Below, one piece after another: positions 12,501 to 27,500 of a stretch of 64,000 nucleotides of DNA. This DNA is from Sphyrna mokarran. Taxonomy: Eukaryota. How positions within the stretch are numbered: the first letter of the stretch is position 1; the number at the start of each line of letters is the position of its first letter. The stretch lies in the NCBI GenBank assembly GCA_024679065.1, contig JAGIQG010000010.1:12834001-12898000 (forward strand). The letters run 5' to 3'. The position numbers and the translations under genes were made by a program. Under the pieces are notes generated by a model. It ran no database searches. It was not told where the DNA came from and worked only from the letters and a program-made list of their open reading frames with translations.

Positions 12501-15500
12501 TATATCGTCATGGAACTATACACTTTTTTGATAAACAAACAGTTTCTCTATATTATAGATGAGCTGGAAGCCCCTTTCACCCTTGACCATAATTCTTAGG
12601 GAAACATTTCTTTCATCAGCAAGAGTACTGAGCACATTGTTAAAATAATCCAAAGTTTAAGAAACAGCCATTTAAAAAAACAAGTTGCTAATGACATCAA
12701 AAGAGAAAATGATGGAAAATCTCAGCAGGTCTGGCAGCATCTGTAAGGAGACAAAAGAGCTGAGGTTGAGTCCAGATGATCCTTTGTCAACACATTCTCT
12801 TTGAGCAAGGTAGACGATTAAAGTTGAACCCAACTTCCTCTGACATACATTCATTTGATTTGGCCAAATTCAGTAGTCAACTGGCATTAATATCTTCTCT
12901 GCGTTGGCTGCATACATTGAGTAAAATAATCAAGCCTGAGACTCTTGAGTCTCTTTCTTAGTAATTTCAATATCAAATCACATAATAGATATGTTACTTA
13001 TATTTCTGTTTTCCATAATGTTTGTATTAAATTCTATCTATCTGCAATAGATCAGCACAAATGTTGATACTGCCCAACTTGTTGTTTTCCAATTCCAATG
13101 CACTTCTAAGTTTGGTATCAATAAATATACATTTGCATTGAGTTTGCACCCAGCTCAGCTATGCAAACAGCCGTGGTGCTAACATATCAACAATCCTATC
13201 CCTCACCATTTGCTTTTGCTGACCATCCTTTCCCATCCATCTGCCAGAGGAAAGCCGATCAACATGGTCTTGATCCAGCACACACAAAGAAGCCAGGGCT
13301 AGCCATAACTGTGGAACAACAAGTTAAGCAGAGAGTTAGGATCTTATCCAACTACATCCACTTTTGTAAATTCATTTAATTCTGCTTCAAATATGCTTTA
13401 CATATAAAGAAACAAATCCATTACCCTTGTCGTTGTAGTACATTGAATAGGCACTCTGTATTCTTCCTCCATTTTTGTTAGGGCAATAATTGTTTCAGCG
13501 ATGGCATTTTTTGTGACACGAGACCAGGCTTCTGATAGTTGGCCCTAAAAAAGAATTCTACAAGTTAAATCATATCATCCAAACACAAGACAGTTCATAG
13601 AAAATGGATGCAAATATCTTACTGGATATTCAGAATATTGTAATTTTTTTCCATTAGGTGTTCAGAAACTTACACTTTGGCAAAAAGTAATTTGGTCAGA
13701 TTGTGATCATGAGGCCAGTTAAACATCAAATGATGGAAATATGCAGCAGGCCATCTGTTTGCTCATTTCCTACAAACATGGTGCCCATAAGCATCTTGCT
13801 CAATGCTAAATATCAGCGCTCTCAAAGTACAGAATAAATTAAACTTTTAATCCCTTCTGATGTAAAAGACATCAGTCCACACCTACTAATCCCTAGATTG
13901 TCAAAGACGAGGCACACAACTCAAGCTACATGCTGGGACCCCACGGAACCCTGACATGTTGGCCTCCGTGGATACTGTCTGCAAAGTTTCAACTTCAGGT
14001 GTGCAATTCACTGCTCTCCAGGACTCAGTGCCTCAGATAGTGAGTTATAATCAGAGGCTTCGCACAATTCCAATTACCTGAACAGTTATCCAAGAAATGT
14101 TAGGCAAAACAAAAAGTCTAAATCCTGGGTATTCCCACAACACCCCCACCACCACATCACACACTGAACTCTTGACTCCCTCCTGACCACCCAGAATTCC
14201 CAACCACATCTCCTGACCCCACTACCTCACCCGACCACCACCACTCCTGACAAACCCTGCTGACCTATTCACCACACGCCTATCGTTCCCCGCCCCCCAC
14301 AACAATTCACTCATTCATTCGCTAACATCCATACATTCACTAGCATTTGCAGCGTACATTTGAACTGACCATATAGCAGACAGTGCCACTAAAAGGGGAT
14401 GTGTTCTGTCTTTTCCCTGATTCCAAGGCATTGTGGCAGAGCTCTCAGAGGGCACTACATTTTGCATTTCTGGTAAAGCCAGGTTTGGAACATCCAGCAA
14501 GAAATGCAGAGTAGTGTCGATGTGCAGCGAACTTTGAGCAGAGCAACAATCCAACAACGATTGCTGCTCCTCGGAAAGTCTTAAGAAATTACTCCAAACG
14601 ATACTATAGACCAACCAGCATAAAATCCAACAGATAAAAATCACATATCTTCTTTATTTGTAACACTTAGCTTTGTCAACAACAAAACTGTTCTACTATT
14701 GATAATATTATTAGTTTAATGAAGTAGCTATACCGGATGATTAAAACTTACTGCTGCCATGTCCTTTATTAATTTAATTATTATTTCTGAAATCTGTGGG
14801 GGTGTGGAGCCTTTCATCCACCAGTGGCTTTCACCTCGTCGAATAGAGCTGCAGGAAGATTAATAAATCATTAGGAAAATTGTTACCTTATTTGCAAGCC
14901 ATTCTAAAAATGTTTCACAATTAATATACAAAGGGATAGCTCAATCATTCAGATATCAGAAAAATGATGATATTTAAATATGCCAAGCTTTCACTTGAGT
15001 GATAAACAGATCATTCACTGAAGGTGTAATATTCCTTTCAAAAGCACCACTGCATAAATATTGCTACAGAAAAAACAGCAAATTTGAATTATTTTAAGGG
15101 CATTTTACATGATGCTCCTCTTGACTTATCAGGCCAATTTTCAGTCTTTGCCCAATTTTGATTAGATACATAAGATAAACTTCATAAGAACCAAACTATC
15201 CTACATGAAAGCTCAAATTAAAGACAGGCCTGAACTACACTGGCTTGCTAATAACATCTATGTAATTAATAGTAATTGGAATTAAGGGCAGAGAGATCAA
15301 CTGGAAGGCTGAATGCTATGAGCAATGGGAACCACGGCTGTATTTTAGGTTCACCAGACAAGGAATGCAGAGGACAATTCTCGCCTTCGTACTGCAGCTT
15401 GGGTAAAATGGGCCATATCAAAACTGGGACCGTTTGGCTTTTGCAGCTTAATAACAAGATTGCCTTTACCTGGGAGTCATGTAGATGTTTAAATCAATGG

Positions 15501-18500
15501 CCTATATTAATTATGGTGAGAAGCTGGTGATCAAATTAAAATTTTGTGCAAAGTTCAAATTAGAGAACTTATTCCCAAGAATGCTTCAAATATGTACCAG
15601 GCAAAAAGGACTGAAACTTTTGAGGTAAATAGTGCTCCAAATAAGACATGAAGTTGCTCTATTACATGGATCCCATTTAGAATTTTGACAGCACCTCGTG
15701 AACCCAGGACTTCTACCACAAGAAAGAGCAAGGGCAGCAGCCAGATGGAAACATCATCATCTCCAAGTTCCTCTCAGAAATCACACAGCATCCTAACTTG
15801 GATATGATCACCCATCCCTTCATCTTCACTGGGGTCACTGGCATTCCCTCCTAAAAGTGCTGTGGTGTACCAACACAGACTGCAGCAGCTAAAGGTCATG
15901 GCTCACCATCACCTTTTCATGGACAATAACTGCTGGCCTTACTAGCAACGTTCATATCATGGGACTGAATTTGAAAAAGGAAAGCATTTTCTGAGATCAG
16001 AAGGTCACCACTGAGTGTCTGATGAAAATTTCCCGTTATCCGGAGGTAACTCTTGCAACAGAATGTACGATATACATTATGATTAGATCAAACAGCCAAC
16101 AACTGATTGACAAAATCTAATCATTTATATTTTTTAGCAACAGTCACTGATTATGAAGCAGAGTAAAAATTCCATCTGAGCTAATTTTCCAATATGCTGC
16201 AACTTACATAAATAGCATGTTCATAACTTTGAAAAATTATAGTAGGACTATAAAATACAATTTTATTAATTTATTAACAATTTATTGTTAATATTGATGT
16301 CATTTTAGTTCTATTAAGAATGAAGTACAACTTACCCAGAGTTGAAGACTGACGGCAATGTAACGGTGGTTACACCCTTCCCAGCAACTGTGCCAGGAAA
16401 ACTACTCCCTTTGGCTTTCAGCTGCACAGTCAGGGCTTTGGAAATGCATCCCAACAACATGTCCAAAATTCCTAACTTATTCCAGTCTCCTTTCTCCGTG
16501 GAGTGAATGATGTCGCTGATATCTGCCGGTGGTAGAGATTTCACGCCTATTATACTGGCAAGACGCACTGGCGTCACCTCTGGCAAAACACGGCGCAGTA
16601 AAGATGTCACCTGCAAACATGAGAGTTTGAATTCCAGATGGCTGCTAAATCCATTGATTCAATACAGCTTATAATCAAAATGCATGTGAAGAAATTTGGA
16701 TATTGTTGGCACTTAAAATTTACAATAATTGGTTAACAAATACTTTTCTGCTTTAGTGACGTTTAAATTGATAAAATAAAACTGACACCAACCTGTCTCT
16801 GAACCCTTGGTGAAGCAGTATGCAGCAAAGAGAAAAGGTCTTGCAGTAAAGTGAGCTGCTGGGCCAAGTATTGTCTTCCTACATTAGAACCACTCAAAGC
16901 TAGCACCATAGACAGCAGTTCAAAACAGTATGCATCCGAAGAAGCATCCTCATCATTTGGTTGAGAATTTGCATTTTCCTTGCTGGATATGGCATGTTCC
17001 CATTCTTCTCGCACTCGCGTGGCTTCCATGCGTATGGCTTGAACTATGTGTGCACATACCTGTTTAGGGAGATGATCAGAAGATTTCAAAGATTGGATCA
17101 AGTACAAAGCTGGAGAGAAACAAGATAGGCTGGGTGAATTCAGCAGAACATAGCCGATGGAACAAAATGGGGAATTGTGAAGTTATTCACCTTGGTACCA
17201 AAATTGAAAAGCATACTATTTAAATGAAGTAGTACTGGGGAATATTGGTATGCAGACCTAAATAGCCAAATTGTAAATCATCACAACAATTTATACACGA
17301 GATAAGGAAAAGCAATAGGGAACTATAGGGTCCCCAAGCTTCTTGATAGCTTGAACATACTTCATTTGTTTGCAGAGAATGGGTCACTGTGTATTAATCT
17401 GTGTCATATGTAATCATATGCAAGGACTGTTCCCTGCAAAAAGGATAATGTTCAAGCTTGAAAAGCCTATCATTTCCCATTGCTTCCTCTATGGTAAAGT
17501 ATCGAGTCAACCAGACTCAGACTGCCAACCCTTTTCTCCTAGAGTATAAATCGGTGGATTGTTTGAAATTTGGCATTCTTGTGCTTCTCTGATTTGATTT
17601 ATTGTCCCATGTATTAGTATATGGTGAAAAGAATTGTTTCTTGCACACTATACAAAGCATATCATTCATAGAGAAGGAAACGAGAGAGTGTACAGATCTC
17701 CTGATTAGTGTAAGCCAAACAGCTTCAGCCATATATTTCTGTTTTCAGCACATTTTTTTTTTTAACTCAAAGGATTGTGAATTACTGGAATTCCCTACCC
17801 AGAGGGCTGAGGGTGAGAAATTGAGCATGTTCAAGGCAGAGTCTTTCTGAATACGGGGATACGGAGTTAAGACAGAATTAAGATAGTATCGTGACTGACT
17901 TCTGTCGAATGGAAGCAGATATAATGGGTTTTAAGGGGCATCTTGACAAATACATGAATAGGGTGGGAAGAGGGACACAATCCCTAGAATGGTAGGGGAT
18001 TTTAGTTCAGTTGGCAACATAGTCAGTGCAGACTTGGAAGGTCGAAGGGCCTGTTCCTGTGCTGTAATTTTCTCTGTTCTTTGTTAACTACCACGGACTG
18101 AAAATATTTTAATGCTGATTATATGAAATAATCAAACACACAACAGTACAGGCAAGTTTTGTTGTCTCTATCTCCCCCTCCCTCCTACATTTTTCTCATT
18201 GCAGGAGTCAGAGCTCTGCTAGCGGTACACTCTAGTCCTACTATTGTCAATAGGAATTTCCCATTGATGCCACCCCACACCATCAGGAAATGTGTGAAAG
18301 GAGCTGCACCTTTGGCAGGACTACAGAATCCTGGCAGCATGAACTGCTGAATTATTCCAGCCTATATGTATCATCCTGAAAACTGAGTCACTCATTTTTG
18401 TACAAATGAAGTCAAGCTCAAGCAAATAGGGAAGATGAATGATATGCTACCGTCCAACAATTTCGTAAGAGATGAATAATTACTGCAATACAACTTGCAA

Positions 18501-21500
18501 TTTTCTCTGAATATTCAATGACAGCACAATGTCAGGCAGCTATTGAGCAATGGGTCTTCTAGAAGAAACAACAGCTTGAAGTAGGCTTCAAATAAATCAC
18601 AGGACTGAAACAATGCAACACAAAATGTCTCTTGCATGAGAAATAATGATTCATATCAAACCTGCTTCTGGAGGTTGGTTAGCTTGCTTCTGCTAAATAT
18701 GATTCCAACCATGTGTTCCTTCAAATCAGCATCAGATGCCTTCATTAAAACAAAATGAAATATAATCACTTTAAGCAAAAATAGTATGTATTTATTTTAA
18801 ATAACTACCAAGTAGATAGCTTTTTGTTTGTACCTTTTCTTCTCCCTCTGGTGAAGACAAAATAGTCTTGTCTTCTTGTTCAGGTGTAGGTTCTGCATCA
18901 CCACAAATCAGTTTGCCGAATACCTGCAACAATTTTACAAAAAGTAAATCCACATCAAAATGCTTCATTTATTAAATTAGTTTTATCAAACGAAGCAACT
19001 TGGACAACTTAGAAAATATCATTCTAATTATAGAAAGAACTTATTTTTACCAGGACAATGTTAGATATAGGAAGCTATAGTTGAGGCCAGATTAAAAACA
19101 GGAACTTTGGAGCAGAAAAGAAAAAATAAGATATAAAGGTTGAGATTAGAAAAGTAAGACAATTTATTTTACTTGCATACTTGGACAAAAACTAACATTG
19201 AGCCAAAGATGATGATGATGCTGGCTAAATGGCCAAGATAAGTTATAAGCAGCATCTTTAAAATGAGAGAGATGGTGAGTCAAAGAGGATAAAGGAAGCA
19301 ATGCCACAGTTTAAGGTGGAAATGGCTAAAAACATGGCAGTCACTAGTGAGGGAAGTGAGGGGATAAAGTGCCAGAATCGAAAGAGTGCAGAAACCTTTA
19401 GAAAAATTGTGGGGCAGCAGTGATAACTAGAACCTATGTATGTCTATGAGCACAGGGGATGTTAGGTGAACAGAACGTTGTGCCAATTAAATCACTAGAA
19501 GGTTACGTCTGGTCATAGTTACAATACAGTCCAATTATATGCAAACACCGCAGAAATATAGGAACAAACTTAGACTCCTTGAGACTCTTCCATCATTTAA
19601 TGAGATCATTGCTGATCTGTAACCCAACTCCTTACATCTGTTTTCATCCCATATCTCTTAATAGCTTTTGGTTAAAAAAATCTTTCAATTCCAGTTGTAA
19701 AACATTCGACTTTGCATCAATTGTCACTATTGGTCGAGTGTTCCAAACGTCGACAATCTGTGAGAAGTGTTTCCTAACTTCACTTTGGAAATGTCTGGCT
19801 CTAATTTTTTACATTTTGCCACCTAGTCCTAGCCTTCCCAACTAATAGAAATAGTTTCTTGCTATCAACCCTATCTGTCTCCTGAATTATCTTTAAAAGT
19901 TTGATCAAATTACTCCAAATCTTCTAAATTCCAATGAATACAACTCTACTTTGTGTTAAGTATTCTTGTCTTTAACCCTGAGAATCCACATATAGTGCTG
20001 CACTACCTCATAGGAAAATATATCCCTCCGTTGGTGTGGTGCCCAGAACTGCTCACAACACTCCAAGTGCATTCCCACTAGGGCTTTGTATAGCTGAAGC
20101 AGGACTTTCATTTTAGTCCATTAGATACGAGGGTCAGGATTCCATTAAGCAATCTGATTTTCTGCATGAATTCACAACATTTAAATGTCAGGTACCCGGA
20201 TCCTCCAGTCTTTTTGCACTCAGGAATTTTACTTGACTTTTACTGCAAATGAGAAGTTCTTATGGGGCGGCATGGCGGCACAGTGTTTAGCACTGCTGCG
20301 TCACCAGGGAGCCGGGTTCGATTCCCAGCTTGAGTCACTGGTTACGTGGAGTCTGCATGTTGTCTCTGTGTCTGCTCGACTCATTTCCTCTGTTTTCCTC
20401 CCACAGTCCAAAGATGTGCAGGTTAGGTGAATTGGCCATGCTAAATTCTCCCTTAGTGTACCCAAACAGGCATGGAGTGTGGCGACTAGGGGAATTTCAC
20501 AGTAGTTTCATTGTAGTGTTGGTGTAAGCCTACTTGTGACTAATAAACTTCTATAAATCCATACATTTCTCTAAAATTGAAAAATATTGAAATTATGTTT
20601 AGCAGATAATGGTCATATATCACACATTATGAGATGTCAATTTCAACAGTGGGCAACGAAAGACAACTGCAAAGACTAAAAATAAGGTGCAACATACCTG
20701 TGATGTTATAAGTCGGAAAACTCGAAGGGTCTCTGCTTCACAGTTCTTTTGCTGGGCAACACTTGCTGATATCTGTCCACCAATTTTGATGCTTTCACTT
20801 TCTTTCCATCCTAAAACCTTGACTTGACGGACTCTTAGTGTGTTCTCTGGACCCTTAAGTTCTATTTTAATAATATGATTATCTCCTCCAGGAAGTTCAC
20901 TGGTTACCCATCCCATATGCCTGGAATCCAAGTCAGTCTGAGAAGCAGGAGAAAGAAAATAAAGTGAATTCATGTTTTTTTCTTGAAAGAAAATCTGGTA
21001 AATAGATACAAGACCTAAGCCAAACAACTTGGCGTGATCAAAATACAAGGGCAGAAATACGTCTCAGTCAGAAAAACATGAAAATTTAAGACAGGTAAAA
21101 GGAAACGTTAGTCAGCTTACAACGTTCTTTCACAGCTCATGCATGGCTATATCATCGTGAAATCTCTCTTAACAACATATCTTTACTATTTGTAATTAGA
21201 ATCAGATTGGTCTGCAAGCATTTCTGTAGCCTCAATCCACCAGATTTGACCCCAGATCCTTTGACTCTGGGACTACATCATATTTGACCCCGGATCCTTT
21301 GACTCTGGGACTACATCATATAGAGGAGCTAACCAAGGTACTGAAGTATGGCAATGAAGCACCATCAGTTTATGGTGGAAGAGAAATTAGAAGAAAGTTC
21401 ACCATAACATGGATCATGCAACAAAGGGAACGTGAAAGAATAAAACATACTTTAATAAAATTTCTTCCAAATTCTTACCTGTTTAATTCTGCTTAGGTCT

Positions 21501-24500
21501 TCAGTTGCTTTTCCAGACAAGAAGGTCATTGAAGACACCTTGTTCTGTATTGAGGGAAGTAAGTGCATTTTTAGATTAAACATATGAGATCAAACACACA
21601 GTTTATGGATCCTAGCATGGTATTTCTGTCCCACCCCTCCGTCATCCACTTCACTGGATCTTTTGGCAAAGGTTATTTAACGGAAGTGGAAATAAAAGAT
21701 GCAAGGTATTAAGTTTAAAATAATTAGCTAAAAGCTAGAGTTAGAGGAGGGTGGGTGAGAGACATGAGAGTTTCTTCTCCCCCTACCCTCTCTCAGTAAG
21801 TTGTGCTCTGGACTGTATTGCTGGCTGGTGAAAGATTCAATAGTAACACACAAAAGAGAATTTAAAAATGCAAGGCTACAATGAAAGAGGAAGAAAGTGC
21901 AACTAATTGGTAGCTCCTTCAGAGCTGCACAGGCATGATGGTCAAAACTGCTGCTTCTTGCTGAAAGGATCAGAAACATACAGCAAGTTTTATTTCTGCT
22001 GTAAATTTCTCAGTACCACATCTATTGTTTGCTTAGGGCCCGTAATCTCTCATATTTCAAGCCCAAATTGCCACTTTACTTCAGAGGAAATACCTACTGA
22101 AATTCTTTATTTTGGAATGACAGAAAGAATTGAGAAGATAAATCTGTAAAACAAAGATACGAGCATTTGTAATTCTTACCCCCAAGTCTCGAGAGTTGTC
22201 CACATGAACAGAAACATAACGAGCACAAATTCCTTTAATGCAATTTATAGTTATGCTCTTGGTTTTATTCTTGTCTTCATCTCCTGACTCCCAGAAGGTT
22301 TCTGTCGATCCATCTGTCAGACTACCGATCATAGCTGGCCTACTGGATGTCTTAATATCTACAATTCCAGTGAGGTCTTTCAAACATGTTACAGTACAAA
22401 GCTCCTGCTGCAAAAAGGGGGCAAAGAAACAAATGATTTTTCCCTTTATGTGACATAACATGCAACAATGTCAAGAGCAACAATCAGCTTCAAGCTGTGT
22501 AGCTAAAACGTACTGACTTTTCTTGACAAGATCATATGGAGAAAGACGGAAGATGAGAAAAGAATGAAGAATCAGTGTAAGAAACAAACTGACAATATAA
22601 ATAGGTTATATTACTTATCCCGAGTATTGTCTTTCTCATATGTTAAAAATTGTTCAATTTCCACAAAGAATTTAACAACTCATTAACCAAATGGACAAAA
22701 TAACCCCACCAGCACAATATCCCTTTGGGAACATGAAATCTTACAGGGATCATGGCATTTAATTTTCCCCAATGCCTGATGTGTATGAAGCTCACTGTGA
22801 AAGCCAAAAGCAGAGAATTTTACATGAAATTCTTGCTGTATTGAGATATTACAAAAGGGCAAATGTAGAAAGTGACATTTTCACACATGTACAAGAATAA
22901 ACAATAAAGACAGTATTTAAAGGTTTGGACTGTATTTGAGTAAAGGAAGAATGCATCAAATTAGTTAAACTGCTTGTGGAGAAACAGCTGTAGAATTTCC
23001 TCCACTAATTCAATTTATCTAGTACGCAGTTGAACTGCAGAGAAGATTGACCTTGAATTAAACCTAGCATCCATCTGTGCTGTGATGATTGATCTCAGGT
23101 GGGACAGTACAAGACGTACCATGTTTGATCTCAATGCCTAGCAGTTTTAGCAAGAGAAAATACTCTCCCGAGTGTTGTCCAGTTTTAGAATGTGTGTTGG
23201 GTGAGGAAAAGACTGGGCTCAGCAATATCCTGGTACTCTAGGTGATAGCAATACTGCACCAAATAATTTCTGGTACCAGGCAGCAAGGAGGAAAACCCGA
23301 TACTAGGGTCCACTGTGCGGCAAGAAGTTAATTGAACCACAACCCCAGAAGTCTGATTACATCTTGTAATGGCTGTTAGCAAATATTGTCTAAAATGAAC
23401 TTTACCTGATTCAAGGCTTCATAACCAGACTGCACACTGATGTTAAAGCTTTCTTCGCTGTCTCCATCATCAGATTTAGAAAGAATATTATTGATGTGGT
23501 GAAAAACATTGCTCTGATGAAGGAACTGATGATCAGACTGCTTGAATTTCAGACTCCAGCATCTAGTTACAAAGCCAAAGATTAATAAAGATATGTCTGA
23601 GATTTGAAAATTGATGTCACATTGGGAACTTGAGGAGGGGTGGGGGAGGAAGAAAAAAGAAAAGATAATAATTTCTAAGACAGCATGGCGGCAGAGTGCT
23701 TACAGGGACCTGGGTCACTGTCTGTACAGAATATGCACATTCACCCCGTGTCTGCATGGGTTTCCTCCAGGTGCTGTGGTTTTCTCCCACAGTTCAAAAG
23801 GCATGCAGGTTAGGTGCATTGGTCATATGCTAACTTCTCTCTCAGCGCACTCAAACAGGTGCTGGAATATGGTGACTAGGATTTTCACAGTAACTTGACT
23901 GCAGTATTAATATAAGCCTACTTGTAATATTAATAAATACATTTTAAAACTTGAGGATTTGACTCTTGAGATCAAGATTACCTATCCATCACGAAGTAAC
24001 CTTCAAACATTTAACAATCACATCTGATCATGTTAAGTAGGCATATATTTTATAACTGGGAGAGAACATTTCATAAATTGAGAGAGTGTATTAGGCTACA
24101 AAATCATGCAGTCTGAAGCACTGAAATCAGTAAGTGAGAGAAACATATAACACAAAAAAGGCCATTTGGTCTATTATGGCTGTACTGGCTTTTTCCCCAA
24201 GAACAGTCCAGAGAGATGGTGACTTATTAAACCAAGCCAATGAAAAATAGGTGAGCCAAATGGACCATCCAGAATCTGAACAGACGAGTCAAAAGTTCCA
24301 AATACAAATCCAATTTCCAAGCACAAACAGGTTTGAAAATGGATCCACAGCAAACTGCTAACTTGCCTCTCATGTCACCGATGATGACTGATCACCTATG
24401 CTTCTCCAGCATTTTCAGTTTTTGTTTCAGATTTCTAGCATCTGAAACAGATATTTACTTAGGCACATGTAATAAAAGTAAAACAAAAAAACAACTCAAG

Positions 24501-27500
24501 CAACATTTGAATCTGAATACTTCTATTTATAAATGCTCAGATCACATCTTGTTTCAATTATTAGCTTAATAGATTTTTCCCATAAATTCTTTATGGTTAG
24601 AGAATGAGAGCTGGTGCATCTACATAAAGTATTTTTAAAAAATTGCCAAAAATGAAAATTACAATCTTGGGAAACTTTAAGCTAAAAATAAGCCTCAAAA
24701 TGTTCATCTTTTGTTATTTTCAAAGTTAACTCAACAACATTGATTTGTTTTTCAATTAGTTGACTCTGTTGATTTGGATTCTATTTACTTCAAAACACAA
24801 GGTTTGTTTTGAGCAACTTCAATTAGTTGACGACCCACAGCAAGTTAGAATCCTTCAAATGCAGAAGGCAGCTTTTGGCCCGTCAAGCCTGCACTGACAA
24901 CAATCATTATCCCCATAACCCCATGTATTTACTCTGCTAATCCCCGAAAGAGCAATTTAACATGGCCAATCCACATAACCTGCACATCTTTGGAGTATGG
25001 GAGGAAACCGGAGCACCCAGAGGAAACCCACGCAGACGGAGAAACTCCACAGTCACCCAAAATTGAAACTGAACCTGAGCTGTCAGACAGCAGTGCTAAC
25101 CACTGTGCCACCGTGCTGTCTTAAAGTTATTTTTCTTCAAATCCAAACTTTTTTTTAAAAAAAAGGTCCTCACCCCTATTGTTCTTAAAGCTGTGCACAA
25201 TTACATTGGTGTCAGTAATCCTCATCCAAGTGGTTATTTTAGCTGCAATGTTAGGTAAATAATTCAACCATGAGAGTGCAAAGTTAAGCTAAATTTCTGG
25301 CCTTACCCATGCACCTGCACTTTCTGGCAATTTTCATCAGACAATAAATAAGAATAGAATTTTGGCTCATCATCTCGTCCACAGATTGCTCAGAGGAGAC
25401 CAATGGTTGCACTTCCACCATTATGCAAACTTATGCCTTCTAACTCAAAGATGATCAATCAAACCAAAGGCCTCTTACTCTGCCAGATTTTTCATTATAT
25501 CACCCCCAGTCTCATGAAGCACCATCCCTAGAATATTTGCAGGTAAGGCAATTACATAAGCTAATGAGAAGCATTTCTTTAAGACTAAAAAACAAATTAC
25601 TGCAGATGGTGGAATCTAAAACCAAAAGAGAAAACGCTGGAAAATCTCAGCAGATCTGGCAGCATCTGAGCATCTGTAAGGAGAGAAAAGAGCTGACATT
25701 TTGAGCCCAGATGACCCCTTTGTCAAAGCTAAAAGGCTTAGAAAATGGGAGATATTTATATTACATGGGGAGGGAAAACCATAAGAAAAGACTGCTAATA
25801 GCATTCCATTGAGAGAATAAAAAGCAGAGAAGCTGTAAGTTGTGACAGATGGAGATGTTGGGGGAAAGTGTTGACAGGAGGGGGAATGGAACAGAGAATG
25901 CAGAAAAGTAGAAGCTGCAGGAGGAGAAAAGCTAAGGGAAGGGAGACAAAATAAGGCGAAAGAGTAGGGGTGGGGGAAAGAAAAATAAAGACAATAAAAG
26001 ATAGAGAACAGTAAAAAATTAAACAAAATAGGATAAAAACAAAGGGGGCCGAGATGGAGTAGAGCAAATCATCTGAAATTGTTGAATTCAATGTTGAGAC
26101 TGGATTGAGACATTTTCTTCCCCCCTCACCTGGCTTCTACCTCTGTCCCATCATCATCATCATTTCCCCCCCCCCACCCACACACACACACACCCCACAC
26201 ACAACTTACAGCTTCTCCGCTATTTGGCCATTTACACTCTTTATTCTCTCTGTGGACAGCTATTAGCAATCTTTAACCCTGGTGTCTATGGCTATGACTC
26301 ATCTTTCATTCCTTCTCCCTGCAGTATAAATACCTCCCACTTTCTATGCCTTTTAGCTTTGACAAAGGGTCACCTGGGCTCAAAATATCAGCTCTTTTCT
26401 CTCCTCACAGATGCTGCTAGACATGCTGAGATTTTCCAGCCTTTTCTCTTTTGATTTCTTTGAGGCTGTTATGCTTACATGTGCACTAGATAGGCAGCTA
26501 TTTCTTAAGATCTATTAGGTATCACTGGTCATCAAACCATACAAAGATTATTCACAATTTCCTACCGGTGCAACTCAGGAGACCAATATTTTACAGGAAA
26601 GGCACACTTAAAAGACAAAATAACATACATCACAACACAAACAGAAAATGTTGATAGATTAATGAAATTTCATAGAATCTCTACAGAACAGAAGGAAGCC
26701 ATTTGGTCCATCAAGCCTGCACTGATAACAATCTCATCTGGGCCCTATCTCCGCAATGCCCCTTTATTTACCCTTCTAATTCCCCAGTACTAAGGGGCAA
26801 TTTAGCATGGCTAATCCACCCTAACCTTCATATCTTTGGACTCTGGGAGGAAACTGAAGCACCCGGAGGAAACCTCCAAAGAAATGGAGAATACATACAA
26901 ACTCTGCACAAACAGTGACCCCAGCCACGAATCGATCCCTGGTCTTGGTCGCTGTGAAACAGGAGTGCTAACCACTATGCCACCCTAAATGCTGTCAGTT
27001 TAATCACTGCACCACTACTATCCCAACCCTGAAAGACTGAAGTCTGATAATCTGTCACTGCCTTTGTAACTTTGCAGTTTGTAGGATCTGTTCTACTGTT
27101 TATGTAGAAGAGTAACAACCTACCGTAGTGCCATCTGCTGCAGTGAACTACCACTGGGGAGTGACATCATCAGGTCTGAAATAGTTTGCAGCAGGCGGTG
27201 GAAAGTTTCAGGCAAAGGATGAGCTGCTTCTCCAGCAATCACAATGTCAGACAGTGGGTGCTCACAAACTCCTGTGTCTCTTTCCTGTTTTACATCAAAA
27301 AAAGACAGTTTTCATTAATAACTCATACAAATTTAGCAACATTGTTGATCATAAATTTGCATCACCGTATCCTAGGAAGGGAAGGGTTTGAGTGAAGCAT
27401 TCAATGCTTTAGCAATAAGGGATCTGTATACAAGTCTGTACAGGGAAGATCACATTATTGGGATGGGTGGTGCCACAAACCTGATAAAATTAAAAGTGTA

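Noticed and set aside
21244-21321. CRISPR-like repeat length (38 bp)
   Set aside because: Two adjacent copies with no spacers, no cas genes, and a vertebrate intron context.
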